DNA from: a virus
Lineage: Duplodnaviria; Caudoviricetes
Strand: one strand, 5' to 3'
Length of the DNA: 64,000 bases
Virus record (IMG/VR): IMGVR_UViG_3300029288_000116
Location: 31,162 to 95,161 of that record
Below the pieces are notes generated by a model that saw only the letters and a program-made list of their open reading frames with translations, was not told the origin of the DNA and did not search any database. Both the position numbers and the translations under genes were made by a program. The first letter of the stretch is position 1. Each line of letters starts with the position of its first letter. Below are positions 17,793-27,734 of the stretch, one piece after another.

Positions 17793-19016
17793 ATGTCTTT
17801 AAAAAATGTTTATTTTGCTTTAGAGGAAATTGCCGCGGAACCTTCCACAAACGCTAAACAAATTTTAATTCAAAAATATCTGAATACTCCGTACTTTAAA
17901 GAAGTGGTTTATTTTACATATAATCCATTTTTAAAATATAAAATCTCTGAAGTTACGTATACTGCATATAACCCATCTGGGTCTCCTGCAGATATTTTCA
18001 GTGTGTTAAGGCGCTTATCTGAGCAACGTGGAGCAAATAATCAAGATCGCAATGGACTATCTAGAATAGCGTCTATTGATCCAGAAACAGTATCTGTGGT
18101 AAATAGAATTCTCAAGAGTGATTTGCGCTGTGGAGCTGGAACAACTTTATTTAGGAAGTTTATACCAGAAATTCCTAAACACGAGACAATGCTTTGTGGT
18201 AAAGATTTTGATAAATTCATGAAGTTAGCAGGGTCTTATGATAATGTAGTTGGATCTATAAAACAAGATGGTGTAAGAACTTGGGCCATCGTAGATAAAC
18301 TTAGACAAAATGTAAAATACTTATCTCGTAACGGGAAAGAGTTTATTAATTTTGATGTCTTTGACGAAGTTTTTATCGAATTTGCAAAGAAAGTCTATGA
18401 TAATCAAGACGATTATGTTATTCTTGATGGAGAAGTCGTTACTAAAGACAAAAACTTTCAAAAAGTACTAACACAATTTAGTAGACATACTGGAGTCCAA
18501 AAAGATCTTTTTGAATTCAGAATCTTTGATATTGTTAATGATTTACCGTTTTATGCTAGATACGAACTATTAACTAAGCATTTTGAACTCGATACTAATC
18601 CAGATCATCCTCCTGTATGTTTGGTTCACCACTTTAGAAACTTCAAATCTAAAAAAGAAATTTATGATCTTCTTGATAAAGTTGCAGGAGAAGGTGAAGA
18701 AGGTTTAGTAATTAAAACCTTTAATGGCCCCTATGAGATGAAAAGATCTAATCATTGGTGTAAACTGAAATTAACTTACACTGAAGATTTACCAGTCTTA
18801 CGTTTTGAATATGGCACTGGTAAGTATAAGAATTTACTTGGGGCTCTTATTTGCGACAGAAATGGTGTAGAAGTACGGGTAGGCTCTGGGTATGATGACC
18901 AAGAAAGAGTTGATCTACTTAATATACCTTCTATGATAGAAGTCAAATTCAAAAATGTTACAGATGATGGTTCACTAAGAGAACCTATCTTTGTTAGGGT
19001 AAGAGAGGACAAATGA
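17793..19016 (+). CDS. gp30: ATP-dependent DNA ligase
   Basis: KQDGVR, LDGEV, FDIV, EGLVIK, WCKLK, VGSG, SLREPIF. Confidence 0.95.
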   Translation: MSLKNVYFALEEIAAEPSTNAKQILIQKYLNTPYFKEVVYFTYNPFLKYKISEVTYTAYNPSGSPADIFSVLRRLSEQRGANNQDRNGLSRIASIDPETVSVVNRILKSDLRCGAGTTLFRKFIPEIPKHETMLCGKDFDKFMKLAGSYDNVVGSIKQDGVRTWAIVDKLRQNVKYLSRNGKEFINFDVFDEVFIEFAKKVYDNQDDYVILDGEVVTKDKNFQKVLTQFSRHTGVQKDLFEFRIFDIVNDLPFYARYELLTKHFELDTNPDHPPVCLVHHFRNFKSKKEIYDLLDKVAGEGEEGLVIKTFNGPYEMKRSNHWCKLKLTYTEDLPVLRFEYGTGKYKNLLGALICDRNGVEVRVGSGYDDQERVDLLNIPSMIEVKFKNVTDDGSLREPIFVRVREDK

Positions 19017-19326
19017 TCTGGATACTATGTCCTATAGTCTCATTAATTTATTTCTTTTATATTTTTAGTTACAAAGAATCTGCTCCAGCAAGTTGGGAGA
19101 AATAAATTAATAGCCGAGAACTTAAATCTTCTGAGGAATGGCAAAAACAATTTGAACATTTAATTTATGTTATGGACCCTGATGGATGGGATCGGCATAA
19201 CTATGATTATTCTTGGTATGACGAGAAAATTACAAAAGATGAATTCTTTGGTAGAGTTACTTCTTCTACATGTATATTTAAGGTATCTCCTATGGAACTT
19301 TATGATATGTTAACTTCTGGTGAAAT

Positions 19327-19917
19327 ATGAAAATTGGATTCGATTTTGACGCAGTGCTTGTAAACTCAGCTTTGGTTCTCTGTGATATATTATCGCAGAC
19401 ACTTAATAGATTAGTGTTACCTGAAGAAATATGTCTCTACGACATCCAAAAAGGTTTTCCGCAGTTATCAGACAAAGACATTATTCATGTAATAGACTCC
19501 TTAGTAAATATGGACAACACATTTAAAATTCCTCCATATCCTGGGGCCTTAGATTTTCTTAGGTGGTATGGAAAATCAAACCTAGAAATTATAATCATCA
19601 CTAATAGAGTAGACCTAACTCCGGTATCTGTATATCTAGAATCTAACTTAGATAAAAAGACTTTTGAAAAAATTAGACTCTTTTATTCTAAAGAAAAAGG
19701 TCCATTATCCAGAGCGTTGGGTCTAAAATATTTCATTGAGGATAGATTTCAAAACATTGTAAATTTAGCTAATCATGGCGTAGTTCCCATAATCTTTAAA
19801 CAAAATTGGAATAAAAATCGAATCTCCCAAAAAAGTAATTTATTTGATTTGTGTGTATTTGTTGATTCATGGGAGGACATATATAATTTTGTTGGGTGTG
19901 AGTTTTTTGGGTATTAG
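19327..19917 (+). CDS. HAD-family 5'(3')-nucleotidase
   Basis: DFDAVL, ITNR, FIEDR, WN, VDSWEDI. Confidence 0.8.
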   Translation: MKIGFDFDAVLVNSALVLCDILSQTLNRLVLPEEICLYDIQKGFPQLSDKDIIHVIDSLVNMDNTFKIPPYPGALDFLRWYGKSNLEIIIITNRVDLTPVSVYLESNLDKKTFEKIRLFYSKEKGPLSRALGLKYFIEDRFQNIVNLANHGVVPIIFKQNWNKNRISQKSNLFDLCVFVDSWEDIYNFVGCEFFGY

Positions 19918-19919
19918 CG

Positions 19920-19967
19920 GTTTCAGAAATCTTCTAAGCATGTTATAATAAATTAAAACCTTGGAGG
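19920..19967 (+). promoter_or_regulatory. Repeated early promoter-leader unit
   Basis: gtttcag 19920, tataat 19944, aaattaaaa, ggagg. Confidence 0.8.
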
Positions 19968-19974
19968 TATAGTC

Positions 19975-20415
19975 ATGGGTTACTGTATGGATCAAAAAGA
20001 TGCTCAATTTTATATCCCCAAAAGAAATTATAATAAAGTTATTGAAGCCATTAAAGCTACAGCCAATGATACTTCTAAAATGGGAGGCGGATCTTACCAG
20101 GGCGGCAGAACCATTTCCAAATGGTTTGGTTTTGTTGATATGAATTATGTTAACCTCGGCAATCTTAAAGAAATTTTTGAGTGTTGGCGGTGGATAATTA
20201 AGGAAGATGTGCTTGGAATATGCGGAATAGAGTTTATGGGAGAAAAGGCCGGAGATGATAAAGTTTTATTCCAAGCAATTGCCCCGTATGTTAAATCTGG
20301 AAGCAACATTCAAATGGTAGGAGAGGATGGGGCTGCTTGGAGATGGTATTTTAATGGAACTGATTGTGTTTATCAACATGGTAAAGTAACCTATATGAGG
20401 AGGTATAAATCATGA
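19975..20415 (+). CDS. Hypothetical phage protein
   Basis: IAPYV...GEDGAAWRWYF; promoter and SD. Confidence 0.7.
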   Translation: MGYCMDQKDAQFYIPKRNYNKVIEAIKATANDTSKMGGGSYQGGRTISKWFGFVDMNYVNLGNLKEIFECWRWIIKEDVLGICGIEFMGEKAGDDKVLFQAIAPYVKSGSNIQMVGEDGAAWRWYFNGTDCVYQHGKVTYMRRYKS

Positions 20416-20597
20416 AAAAGGTAAAACTTAAGGTGACTATAACTTTTGAGTTTGATGCAAATCCTAAATACTATGGCACAGATGTTCCTGCAGAAATGGC
20501 AAAAATTGATCAAGAACAATTTTATGAAAACCCAGATATTCTGTCGGAAATGATTATCACCGATGAGTACATGGTAAAAGTAGAACCTATAGAATAA
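20412..20597 (+). CDS. Hypothetical protein
   Basis: SD; ATGA coupling. Confidence 0.6.
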   Translation: MKKVKLKVTITFEFDANPKYYGTDVPAEMAKIDQEQFYENPDILSEMIITDEYMVKVEPIE

Positions 20598-20606
20598 GGG
20601 GGTTAA

Positions 20607-20825
20607 TTGATGTCTTTAGATACTGTTAAAACTATTATGTGGTGGAGTTTTTGGATAGTGTTTTTTAATTTAATAATTTTCATAGGAACTGTGCTCGGTG
20701 CAATATATTGTCATAAAGCTCTTACGTGGTTGTGCGCGTTTGAGAGTTCTATCTTTTTATTCGCTGGAGGTATTTTTTATGTTTGCCAAAATTATATTGT
20801 GAAAAAGGCGGAGAAAAATTTATGA
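20607..20825 (+). CDS. Hypothetical membrane protein
   Basis: Two hydrophobic segments. Confidence 0.5.
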   Translation: MMSLDTVKTIMWWSFWIVFFNLIIFIGTVLGAIYCHKALTWLCAFESSIFLFAGGIFYVCQNYIVKKAEKNL

Positions 20826-21043
20826 CCCCTTGGGAATATCTTAAGTTACCTTATTCATTTTGTTTTGTATATGATAATGGAAACTATACTAGCTATGTTA
20901 GGGAGTTTCCAGGTTGCGTAGCTGAAGGAGATGGATTAGAGGAAACCTGGATTGCTCTTCATGGAGCTGCTTACGATTGTATTGAAGCTACTTTAGACTT
21001 GGGACAAGAAATACCTGAACCTTTAACTACGGTGTGGAAATGA
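20822..21043 (+). CDS. HicB-like antitoxin
   Basis: YTSYVREFPGCVAEGDGLEE...GQEIPEP. Confidence 0.8.
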   Translation: MTPWEYLKLPYSFCFVYDNGNYTSYVREFPGCVAEGDGLEETWIALHGAAYDCIEATLDLGQEIPEPLTTVWK

Positions 21044-21179
21044 AAATGACTTGTCCAAATTGTAAAGAAAGGCGAATATCTAAAGCCGAAACTAGCAAAT
21101 TCATTGTTTTCCAATGTGATGACTGTGGAGCTAAGTGGGCTACAGAGCGAAAGTAAAAATAATTAAGGAGAAACAAATT

Positions 21180-21449
21180 ATGTTAATGACACCTGAAAAT
21201 GAAAATTGGGATGAATTTTGCGCCATTCTAGAAGGCCCAGAAGGCTGTGATTTTAAAGAGGATGAAAATGGCAAAATTACATGGAAATGCGATAGTAGTA
21301 TGAGTAGGCCGCTAGCTATTAAAATTCTTGCAGAATATTTTCCGGAAATAAACATTAAAGGTTCATTAGAATATTTCAATGAACACGGCGGTCTTTGTGA
21401 TTGCGAAATTCTGTTTAATGTGGAAAACCATGGACTTTATTTCCTCTAA
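21180..21449 (+). CDS. DUF2695-like protein
   Basis: HGGLCDCEILFNV motif. Confidence 0.65.
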   Translation: MLMTPENENWDEFCAILEGPEGCDFKEDENGKITWKCDSSMSRPLAIKILAEYFPEINIKGSLEYFNEHGGLCDCEILFNVENHGLYFL

Positions 21450-21561
21450 CAGAATTAGGTAAATTAGATAACAAAGTAGTTGCTTTAGAATATTCCTTGC
21501 TTAAATGGAGGATATGTTGTGTTGCTCTTGTAATATCCTTGACTATCTATTTGGGGGTTAA

Positions 21562-21756
21562 ATGTTGATGAGAAAAGACCCTGTATTTAATTATTATTGT
21601 TATGGCGGGACCATGGTTAAACGAATAGATCTTAAACTGGCGGAACAAACATATCAATGTCCTCACGCTTGGGATACAGAAGGTGGATTTCCGGCTTGTA
21701 AAACTTGTAACGGTAAATTAGAGGGAACAGTTCCTATAACAATAAAATATGTGTAG
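21562..21756 (+). CDS. Hypothetical protein
   Basis: Cys-containing small ORF. Confidence 0.5.
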   Translation: MLMRKDPVFNYYCYGGTMVKRIDLKLAEQTYQCPHAWDTEGGFPACKTCNGKLEGTVPITIKYV

Positions 21757-21876
21757 AGGAGATAGAATGATGAACAGGAAAGCTGCTACAAAGTTTGACA
21801 TCATTTCAGGACAAGCCAACACCCCCGCCAAAGCAATCCTAACCGCAGCGTGGGCGGCGTTGGAAGGAGGGAAGTG

Positions 21877-22320
21877 ATGGAACCCTGTAGAATTTGCGGT
21901 GCAGCGGAATATACAGCCAGTTATGGCGGGCCAGGTATATGCCCTAAGTGTGACTGCGGTGTATTCGATGCAAATGTTATGGCATGGAACAATAACAAGT
22001 TATCAACCGAACTCGCCGCCCTCAAAGAAGTTTTAGATGATAAAAGGCGGTTAACCAGAGAAATTGACGTTATTTTGAATGGAGAAAATGCGGCTAAACA
22101 GGCAAGCCTTTGTGACCTGATAGGCCAAATAAAAGAACTAGCCACTCTCCAGGGTCTGGTGCGGGAGATGGGAGCGGTTCTTGATAAAGTGGCAAATCAT
22201 AAATGTTGTGAAATAGTAACGGTTGCTAATGGAGAAACTAAAGTTTCAAGGTATGCAAGAATAGCTACACAAATCCTCAACCGCCCCGAAGTTAAGGCGG
22301 TTCTTGAAGGAGGGAAGTAA
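21877..22320 (+). CDS. Hypothetical Zn-finger/coiled-coil protein (GC-richer block)
   Basis: CRIC...CPKC; AKQASLCDL; SD AGGAGG. Confidence 0.6.
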   Translation: MEPCRICGAAEYTASYGGPGICPKCDCGVFDANVMAWNNNKLSTELAALKEVLDDKRRLTREIDVILNGENAAKQASLCDLIGQIKELATLQGLVREMGAVLDKVANHKCCEIVTVANGETKVSRYARIATQILNRPEVKAVLEGGK

Positions 22321-22705
22321 TGCTTCCAACCCTAAATGCTGCTCTTCTTGCTGGGTCAGTCTTATTTTTTGGGATATTTTTAGCAGGAATGAAGACATCT
22401 AAAAGTGCCCCAATCGGTAATTTATTCTTATTATTAGCCTACCTATGCTTATTTTTTGGGTTGGCATCGAAATAAAAAGGAGGGTGAGTGATGGATGATA
22501 AGTGTCCGTTTTGTGGGGCTGAGGCCCAATCATTGAGTGATCAAATAAAGCCACGGTTTGAACGCTCCGCCCTCAAGAAACTAGTCAAGGAGATGGGGAA
22601 GTGACTGTGCTTTATTTATTAGGGGGTTTATTTTTATTAGGACTAGCCATAATGATCCTAGATTTTACAAACCATTATAATGGTGGTAGATAAGGAAAAT
22701 TCGAA

Positions 22706-22969
22706 ATGAGTGAATGCCTATCCTGCGGAAGCTGTTGTAATGAAATCTCTCCGTTTGGAAATCCTTGTCCATATGTTAAGGAAGTAGAACCTGGATTATT
22801 TTTGTGTTCAATCTATTCCAAAAAACCTAAGGTCTGTAGAGACCATACTTTTGATGGAAGATGGTGTCCTATTGGGTTGTCTATTTTAAAGCCTGAACGG
22901 CTGTCAGATTTACACAGAAGAAGTGACAGGATTTATAAATTAGTTACTAAACAATTTAAGGAGTTTTAA
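22706..22969 (+). CDS. YkgJ-family Cys-cluster protein
   Basis: CLSCGSCC...CPY...CSIYSKKPKVCR. Confidence 0.75.
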   Translation: MSECLSCGSCCNEISPFGNPCPYVKEVEPGLFLCSIYSKKPKVCRDHTFDGRWCPIGLSILKPERLSDLHRRSDRIYKLVTKQFKEF

Positions 22970-22970
22970 A

Positions 22971-23195
22971 ATGGGCGTAGATTGGGATTATTCTAAAGAA
23001 GGCGGCGGAAAAAAATTTAAAGATAGATATGTACTTGGCGAAGGAATACCTAATTTTACATCAAACGGCAAAGGTATATCACTATATAACTATGAAAAAT
23101 ATGGAAGTTTAATAAACCTATCAGTGCCAAAAGGATTAGCTCTACCGCGTATTAACGGACTAATCTATAGATTAGTTCTTGAAAGAGTACGTTAA
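22971..23195 (+). CDS. Hypothetical protein
   Basis: SD AAGGAG. Confidence 0.55.
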   Translation: MGVDWDYSKEGGGKKFKDRYVLGEGIPNFTSNGKGISLYNYEKYGSLINLSVPKGLALPRINGLIYRLVLERVR

Positions 23196-23196
23196 G

Positions 23197-23781
23197 ATGG
23201 AACACAAATTATACATAGAAATCAAACCTTCAAAGCATATAAAATATGATCCTGACCAGTTATTTGAAACGATATTGTATTTCTGTTGGCAGAAATTAAA
23301 ACACTTTGATCATGAAGACCTCCCAGAAATCTATATTGAAATTGGAACTAAGGACGCAGAGAAACTTAAACACAATGGATACTTTGATGTAGTTGGTGAT
23401 GACTTAACTTATATCTGTTTATCTACTAAGAAATTGAAGACTGATAAATACCGGTATAAGGACGGTTTAAAGAGTTTACTCCAAATGTTTCTTCATGAAT
23501 TTTACCATATGCGTACATGCATAGAAACTTATTTGGAAAGTGATAGATCCATATCATTATATGATTGGCAACATGAAAGGTATGTTAATTGCCAACAGGA
23601 ATGCGATGATATGCTTAAGTTGGGAATAGATGAAGATTTAGTATATTGGTATTCTAAAGAGGAGATGGAGGCAGAAGCCTTCTCATTTGAAAATTTAGCA
23701 TATATAGAAAATTTATACGGATACGGTGGATTGGTCATACCGCCGGATGCATTTGAAATGATACCAAAAATAATTAAATAG
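23197..23781 (+). CDS. Putative zinc metallopeptidase
   Basis: HEFYH plus downstream EMEA. Confidence 0.65.
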   Translation: MEHKLYIEIKPSKHIKYDPDQLFETILYFCWQKLKHFDHEDLPEIYIEIGTKDAEKLKHNGYFDVVGDDLTYICLSTKKLKTDKYRYKDGLKSLLQMFLHEFYHMRTCIETYLESDRSISLYDWQHERYVNCQQECDDMLKLGIDEDLVYWYSKEEMEAEAFSFENLAYIENLYGYGGLVIPPDAFEMIPKIIK

Positions 23782-23795
23782 TAAAGGGGAGAAAA

Positions 23796-24383
23796 ATGAC
23801 AGCCTTTACCATAGATAAAATAGGAAAAGAACAAGATAAGATATTAATGAATATTGAAAAAGGGTCAGAACCTTATTTAACAGAAAAGAAACTCGGTAAT
23901 ATACTTCAAGTTCTATTTCCACATAGCACCATAATATACGATCGGCTATTAAGTAAAGAGATAAAACTAAGACCTGATTATTTGATAAAAGAAGAAAGAT
24001 TAATTGTAGAATTTCAGGGGAGTCAGCATTATACTAAAGGATTTCAAGTATTTAAAGACTCTGAAAGAATTACTATTTTTGAGTCTTTAGGTTTTAAGGT
24101 TATTGAAATTCCATATTTTATTCAGCCAACAAAAGATATTTTAAGTCTCTTATTTGGTGATTATACTGGTGTTGAACCAGAGGATATGTCTAATGAGTAT
24201 GAATGTGGCTTTATCCACCCACTATCTTTGTCTTTTGGAGATTTTTGTAGTTCAGGCTTAAATAAAGCAGAAAATTTTATAAAATCACTTCCAGTAAAAG
24301 AACATAATGACATCTTAAGAAGCATGGAAAAAAGAGCGGAAATAAACAAAATACCTATTGAATTCTATAATCCCCTATCTTAG
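23796..24383 (+). CDS. Vsr/DUF559-like PD-(D/E)xK endonuclease
   Basis: RPDY...IVEFQGSQHY...GFKVIEIPY. Confidence 0.7.
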   Translation: MTAFTIDKIGKEQDKILMNIEKGSEPYLTEKKLGNILQVLFPHSTIIYDRLLSKEIKLRPDYLIKEERLIVEFQGSQHYTKGFQVFKDSERITIFESLGFKVIEIPYFIQPTKDILSLLFGDYTGVEPEDMSNEYECGFIHPLSLSFGDFCSSGLNKAENFIKSLPVKEHNDILRSMEKRAEINKIPIEFYNPLS

Positions 24384-24396
24384 CAATCTATATTCT

Positions 24397-25017
24397 TTAA
24401 TCGCCTCTAAGACACCCTCTTTCAATCCTAGTTTTACTTATTTTTGCTCTAGTTTCTGTGGTTACTTCATGCCCCATTTTAGATTCAGACATTTTTTTGA
24501 TGCTTTCTGGACTATGGACCCTAGTTCTACATTTAGAACAGGGTTCTTTCCTTGTATTAAATTTATGTATATTAGTTTCATATGAATGACCATTAGGACA
24601 TTTAACATTAAAAGATATTCCGTCATATTCATTATCCAAGAGAATAGATCCGGTTTGCTCTACGAGTAGTTTTAATTTTTCATAGGTTACAGTATTATGG
24701 ACAACACGTTCTTCTACAGGTATTTTATCCCAAGCAGCTTTCCTAGCTTTTGATAAGGACTTACCAGTTTTTTCTCTATATTCAGGATTTTGCCAATTTT
24801 TCTTGCTATTAGCTGAATGTTTAGCTTTGGTCTCAGGTAAATTGGCTGAGCGTTTATTTCTGCAAGTTCTACAAAGTTTCAAATCACCTTGTTTAATATA
24901 ATTTTTATATACTTGTAAAACCTCAATTTCACAATGTTCACAAGTAAACCAGACCTTCTTACCACTACCTCTGGTCAATTTTTCTAATGGTGTACCGTCT
25001 TCAGTTCTAAGTAACAT
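24397..25017 (-). CDS. Homing-endonuclease-like DNA-binding protein (Zn ribbon plus NUMOD3-like), nuclease domain missing
   Basis: GSGKKVWFTCEHC, HSPESIKKMSES, ETRAKISKTR; ends where the 57316-57930 protein continues into its HNH domain. Confidence 0.6.
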   Translation of the reverse strand: MLLRTEDGTPLEKLTRGSGKKVWFTCEHCEIEVLQVYKNYIKQGDLKLCRTCRNKRSANLPETKAKHSANSKKNWQNPEYREKTGKSLSKARKAAWDKIPVEERVVHNTVTYEKLKLLVEQTGSILLDNEYDGISFNVKCPNGHSYETNIHKFNTRKEPCSKCRTRVHSPESIKKMSESKMGHEVTTETRAKISKTRIERGCLRGD

Positions 25018-25038
25018 GTTATGTACCTCCTTATAGTC

Positions 25039-25069
25039 TATTTATAACATATCTATGGAAAATGTAAAC
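25039..25069 (-). promoter_or_regulatory. Overlapping late (TATAAATA) and early (GTTTAC-N17-TATAAA) promoter
   Basis: Minus strand gtttacattttccatagatatgttataaata. Confidence 0.6.
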
Positions 25070-25087
25070 TAAGGAATATGAACAAAG

Positions 25088-25131
25088 AAAAAGCCTCCAG
25101 GTGAACTTTTCTTAACTCACTTAGAGGCTTA
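25088..25131 (-). terminator. Terminator after the major capsid gene
   Basis: AAGCCTC...GAGGCTT stem followed by a U-run on the minus strand. Confidence 0.65.
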
Positions 25132-25160
25132 GGGTGCTTGTAACTAGTTAATATTAAACG

Positions 25161-26366
25161 CTAATCGGTAAAGTTATCGACCTTAACCCATCTGTAATAG
25201 AGCGCTGAGCCAAAGATATGTTCATGGATCCCATATCTCGACATAAGCCCGATAGTAGGATTGAAGGAATCTTCGAAAGTAGCTCTACTTGCCATTAGAG
25301 AAATATAAGGCAGATAGATAATACCAGTGTCATATGCGGAAGGACCCTTGTAACCTACCAAGAAGCCGACTTCATCAGCAAATGTATCACGATAAACAGA
25401 GATTCTACCGTCTAGAGTACCAAGTCTTGCGACCCCAGTGGGGGCAGTATTTACGTCACCGGCAACGGGCCAAATAGTAAAGGCGGAAGTTGCTTCGAAA
25501 ATGGCGCAAACAGTAGGATGACAGACGACCCAATTACCAGCCCCTCTACGAGTAGTAATGGCAATGTCATTAGACCTACGGATAAGCATATTGAACAAGG
25601 AACGATAACGTTCTCCATCCCATCTGCCATCAGCAGTTAGGTAATTCCAACCAGAGCTTGTAGTAGCAGAAGCAGTGGCTGAGGTATGAATAGCCGCGAT
25701 AAGTTCACGATCGATTTCCTGAGTAATTTCATAACTCAGAATATCCATCATTTCACCTTCAAGATCTAGACCGTGCATGGCTTTAAGATCTTGTGCTACT
25801 TCCTGAGACCAACGAGCACGAAGCTTACGAGTCTTGGCTTCTACTTGGGCCTTTTCAAGAGTCATGTTGACTTCTTTGATATGAGACCCAGTACCGATAC
25901 CAATACCATAATCACTTCCTACGCCAGAACCAGCCTTAGAACCAAGAGCTTCCTGAGCTGAAGTAGTAGCAGAATAGGTGTAATCCTTATCTACTGTGTT
26001 ATAGCCGATTTCCTGACCATGGGCCACGGAATTATAAGTCTGGCCAGCACGATAGCGCAGTGCAAAAGCTAGGCCTACGGGGCCGGTCATTGGTTGTACG
26101 CCAACTAGATCATGGGCAACCAATTCAGGAAAGGTTCTACGTACCATAGGAATAGCGATTTGATAAAAATCGCCATTGGTGGAATAAGAACCACTGCGAT
26201 TAAAAGTAGCTTCAATGTTGGAACCAGATTCGTTTAATTGTGTGGTCATCCATTTTTCCTGGTTTTCCAGCATAATGGCAGTAGCATTTTTAACTTTCTG
26301 GGATTTAATGGGATTGCCTTCGTTAAGAATTTCTTCCCACTTTTTAACGGTTTCTTTAATGTTCAT
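25161..26366 (-). CDS. gp23: Major capsid protein
   Basis: IPMVRRTFPELVAHDLVGVQPMTGPVGLAFALR, AKTRKLRARWSQEVAQDLKAMHGLD. Confidence 0.97.
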   Translation of the reverse strand: MNIKETVKKWEEILNEGNPIKSQKVKNATAIMLENQEKWMTTQLNESGSNIEATFNRSGSYSTNGDFYQIAIPMVRRTFPELVAHDLVGVQPMTGPVGLAFALRYRAGQTYNSVAHGQEIGYNTVDKDYTYSATTSAQEALGSKAGSGVGSDYGIGIGTGSHIKEVNMTLEKAQVEAKTRKLRARWSQEVAQDLKAMHGLDLEGEMMDILSYEITQEIDRELIAAIHTSATASATTSSGWNYLTADGRWDGERYRSLFNMLIRRSNDIAITTRRGAGNWVVCHPTVCAIFEATSAFTIWPVAGDVNTAPTGVARLGTLDGRISVYRDTFADEVGFLVGYKGPSAYDTGIIYLPYISLMASRATFEDSFNPTIGLMSRYGIHEHIFGSALYYRWVKVDNFTD

Positions 26367-26378
26367 TAAGTTCTCTCC

Positions 26379-27236
26379 TTAACTTTTGAGAATTTCTTTC
26401 CATCTTTCTACCATACTTGAGCGGTAGGTTTCAAATGGAGACTTTTCTTCTTTGATTAAATCTTTTTTAGGTTTATCTTCTACAGTTATTTTGCCCTTGC
26501 CCTCAGATACTTCTGCGTTTTTCATTTTCTTTGAGTCGCATTCAGGACACATGGTTATGTTGCAGGCTTTATCCGATTTTCCTTCATAACCACATTCAGG
26601 ACATACACAGTCATTAGACTTTGCATCTTCGGCCTCATGTAGTTTATTTTCTACAATAAGATCAAATTTACGATCGATTTCTTTTACGTTTGTTACGCCT
26701 TCTAACAGACCCATAACTCGTTTGCGAGCGGGAGTAGTTAGTCCATCAGTTTTTCTTACTTTATATAGTTCAGCTGCCAGATCTTGAGCATCAGATTCTA
26801 ATACAAACTTTTCTTCCATTAGGCCGTTAACGTCTTCATTTAACTTAAGAATTTCGTCTCTAGCTTCATTCAGAAGCTCTCTGGCTTCGTCGTCGAGCAC
26901 GCCTTCATCAATACCAATACGTACTTTAAACTGGTCAATTAGGTCGGAGTATAGTTCGCCTTTGCGAGCATACTCCATAATATTCTCGGGAATAATCATC
27001 TCTTCTTCTAAGATGTCATCTACGAAATTAGAAAACTTAGAGGTGATATCTTTCTTATAGTCTTCAAATTTTTCTTCATAGTGCTCTAAAAGTTTTTCCT
27101 TTTCAACTTCAAGGGCCTCGTTTACTTTTTCCTGAACTTTTAGGTCAACAATATCATTAAGCTTTTCAGTTATAGCAGCTTGCTGGTCTTCGTTCAAAGA
27201 CTCGGCTTTTAGCATTTTTAAAATTTCATCAAACAT
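26379..27236 (-). CDS. gp22: Prohead core scaffold protein with a CxxC insertion
   Basis: Acidic coiled coil directly upstream of gp23. Confidence 0.8.
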   Translation of the reverse strand: MFDEILKMLKAESLNEDQQAAITEKLNDIVDLKVQEKVNEALEVEKEKLLEHYEEKFEDYKKDITSKFSNFVDDILEEEMIIPENIMEYARKGELYSDLIDQFKVRIGIDEGVLDDEARELLNEARDEILKLNEDVNGLMEEKFVLESDAQDLAAELYKVRKTDGLTTPARKRVMGLLEGVTNVKEIDRKFDLIVENKLHEAEDAKSNDCVCPECGYEGKSDKACNITMCPECDSKKMKNAEVSEGKGKITVEDKPKKDLIKEEKSPFETYRSSMVERWKEILKS

Positions 27237-27250
27237 TTATCTTCTCCTTC

Positions 27251-27664
27251 TTAGCGCTGTTTGGTAAGACCAAGTTTTTTACCAGAAAGACCTTTACCCA
27301 TTTTTTCCATACGAGCAATTTTAGGTTTTAGCTTTCTTATTCTAGCTTTGATCTTAGCTTTATTTTTACGATAATACATCTTAGACTTTCTACGATTTTT
27401 AGCGTTAGTCTTTTTTAACAGACGCACTTCGCTGACTTCACCCTCGTCCTCATTTTCGGTATCCTCTTCGTCACCCTCATCACCAGAATCAAGTTCGTTG
27501 AGAATATCATGTAAACGAACAACCATTTCATCTGATAAATTTTCGTCGTCAAGTTCTAGTAAAAATTCTACCATGTTATTGACAAGTTCATCATCAGACA
27601 TTTGTTCGTTTAGAGGTTCGATGTCAGTACCGAGATATTTTCTCAGTTTTTCATCTATGTTCAT
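27251..27664 (-). CDS. Prohead core protein (gp68-like)
   Basis: Acidic N-half, very basic C-terminus; head operon. Confidence 0.55.
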   Translation of the reverse strand: MNIDEKLRKYLGTDIEPLNEQMSDDELVNNMVEFLLELDDENLSDEMVVRLHDILNELDSGDEGDEEDTENEDEGEVSEVRLLKKTNAKNRRKSKMYYRKNKAKIKARIRKLKPKIARMEKMGKGLSGKKLGLTKQR

Positions 27665-27703
27665 ATATTATTGCCCTCCTATTGAGTTGTAATTCCTATA
27701 GAG

Positions 27704-27711
27704 TATTTATA
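27704..27711 (-). promoter_or_regulatory. Late promoter TATAAATA
   Basis: Exact consensus upstream of core/scaffold/capsid genes. Confidence 0.75.
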
Positions 27712-27734
27712 CAAATTTGCATTTTTGTTACAAA

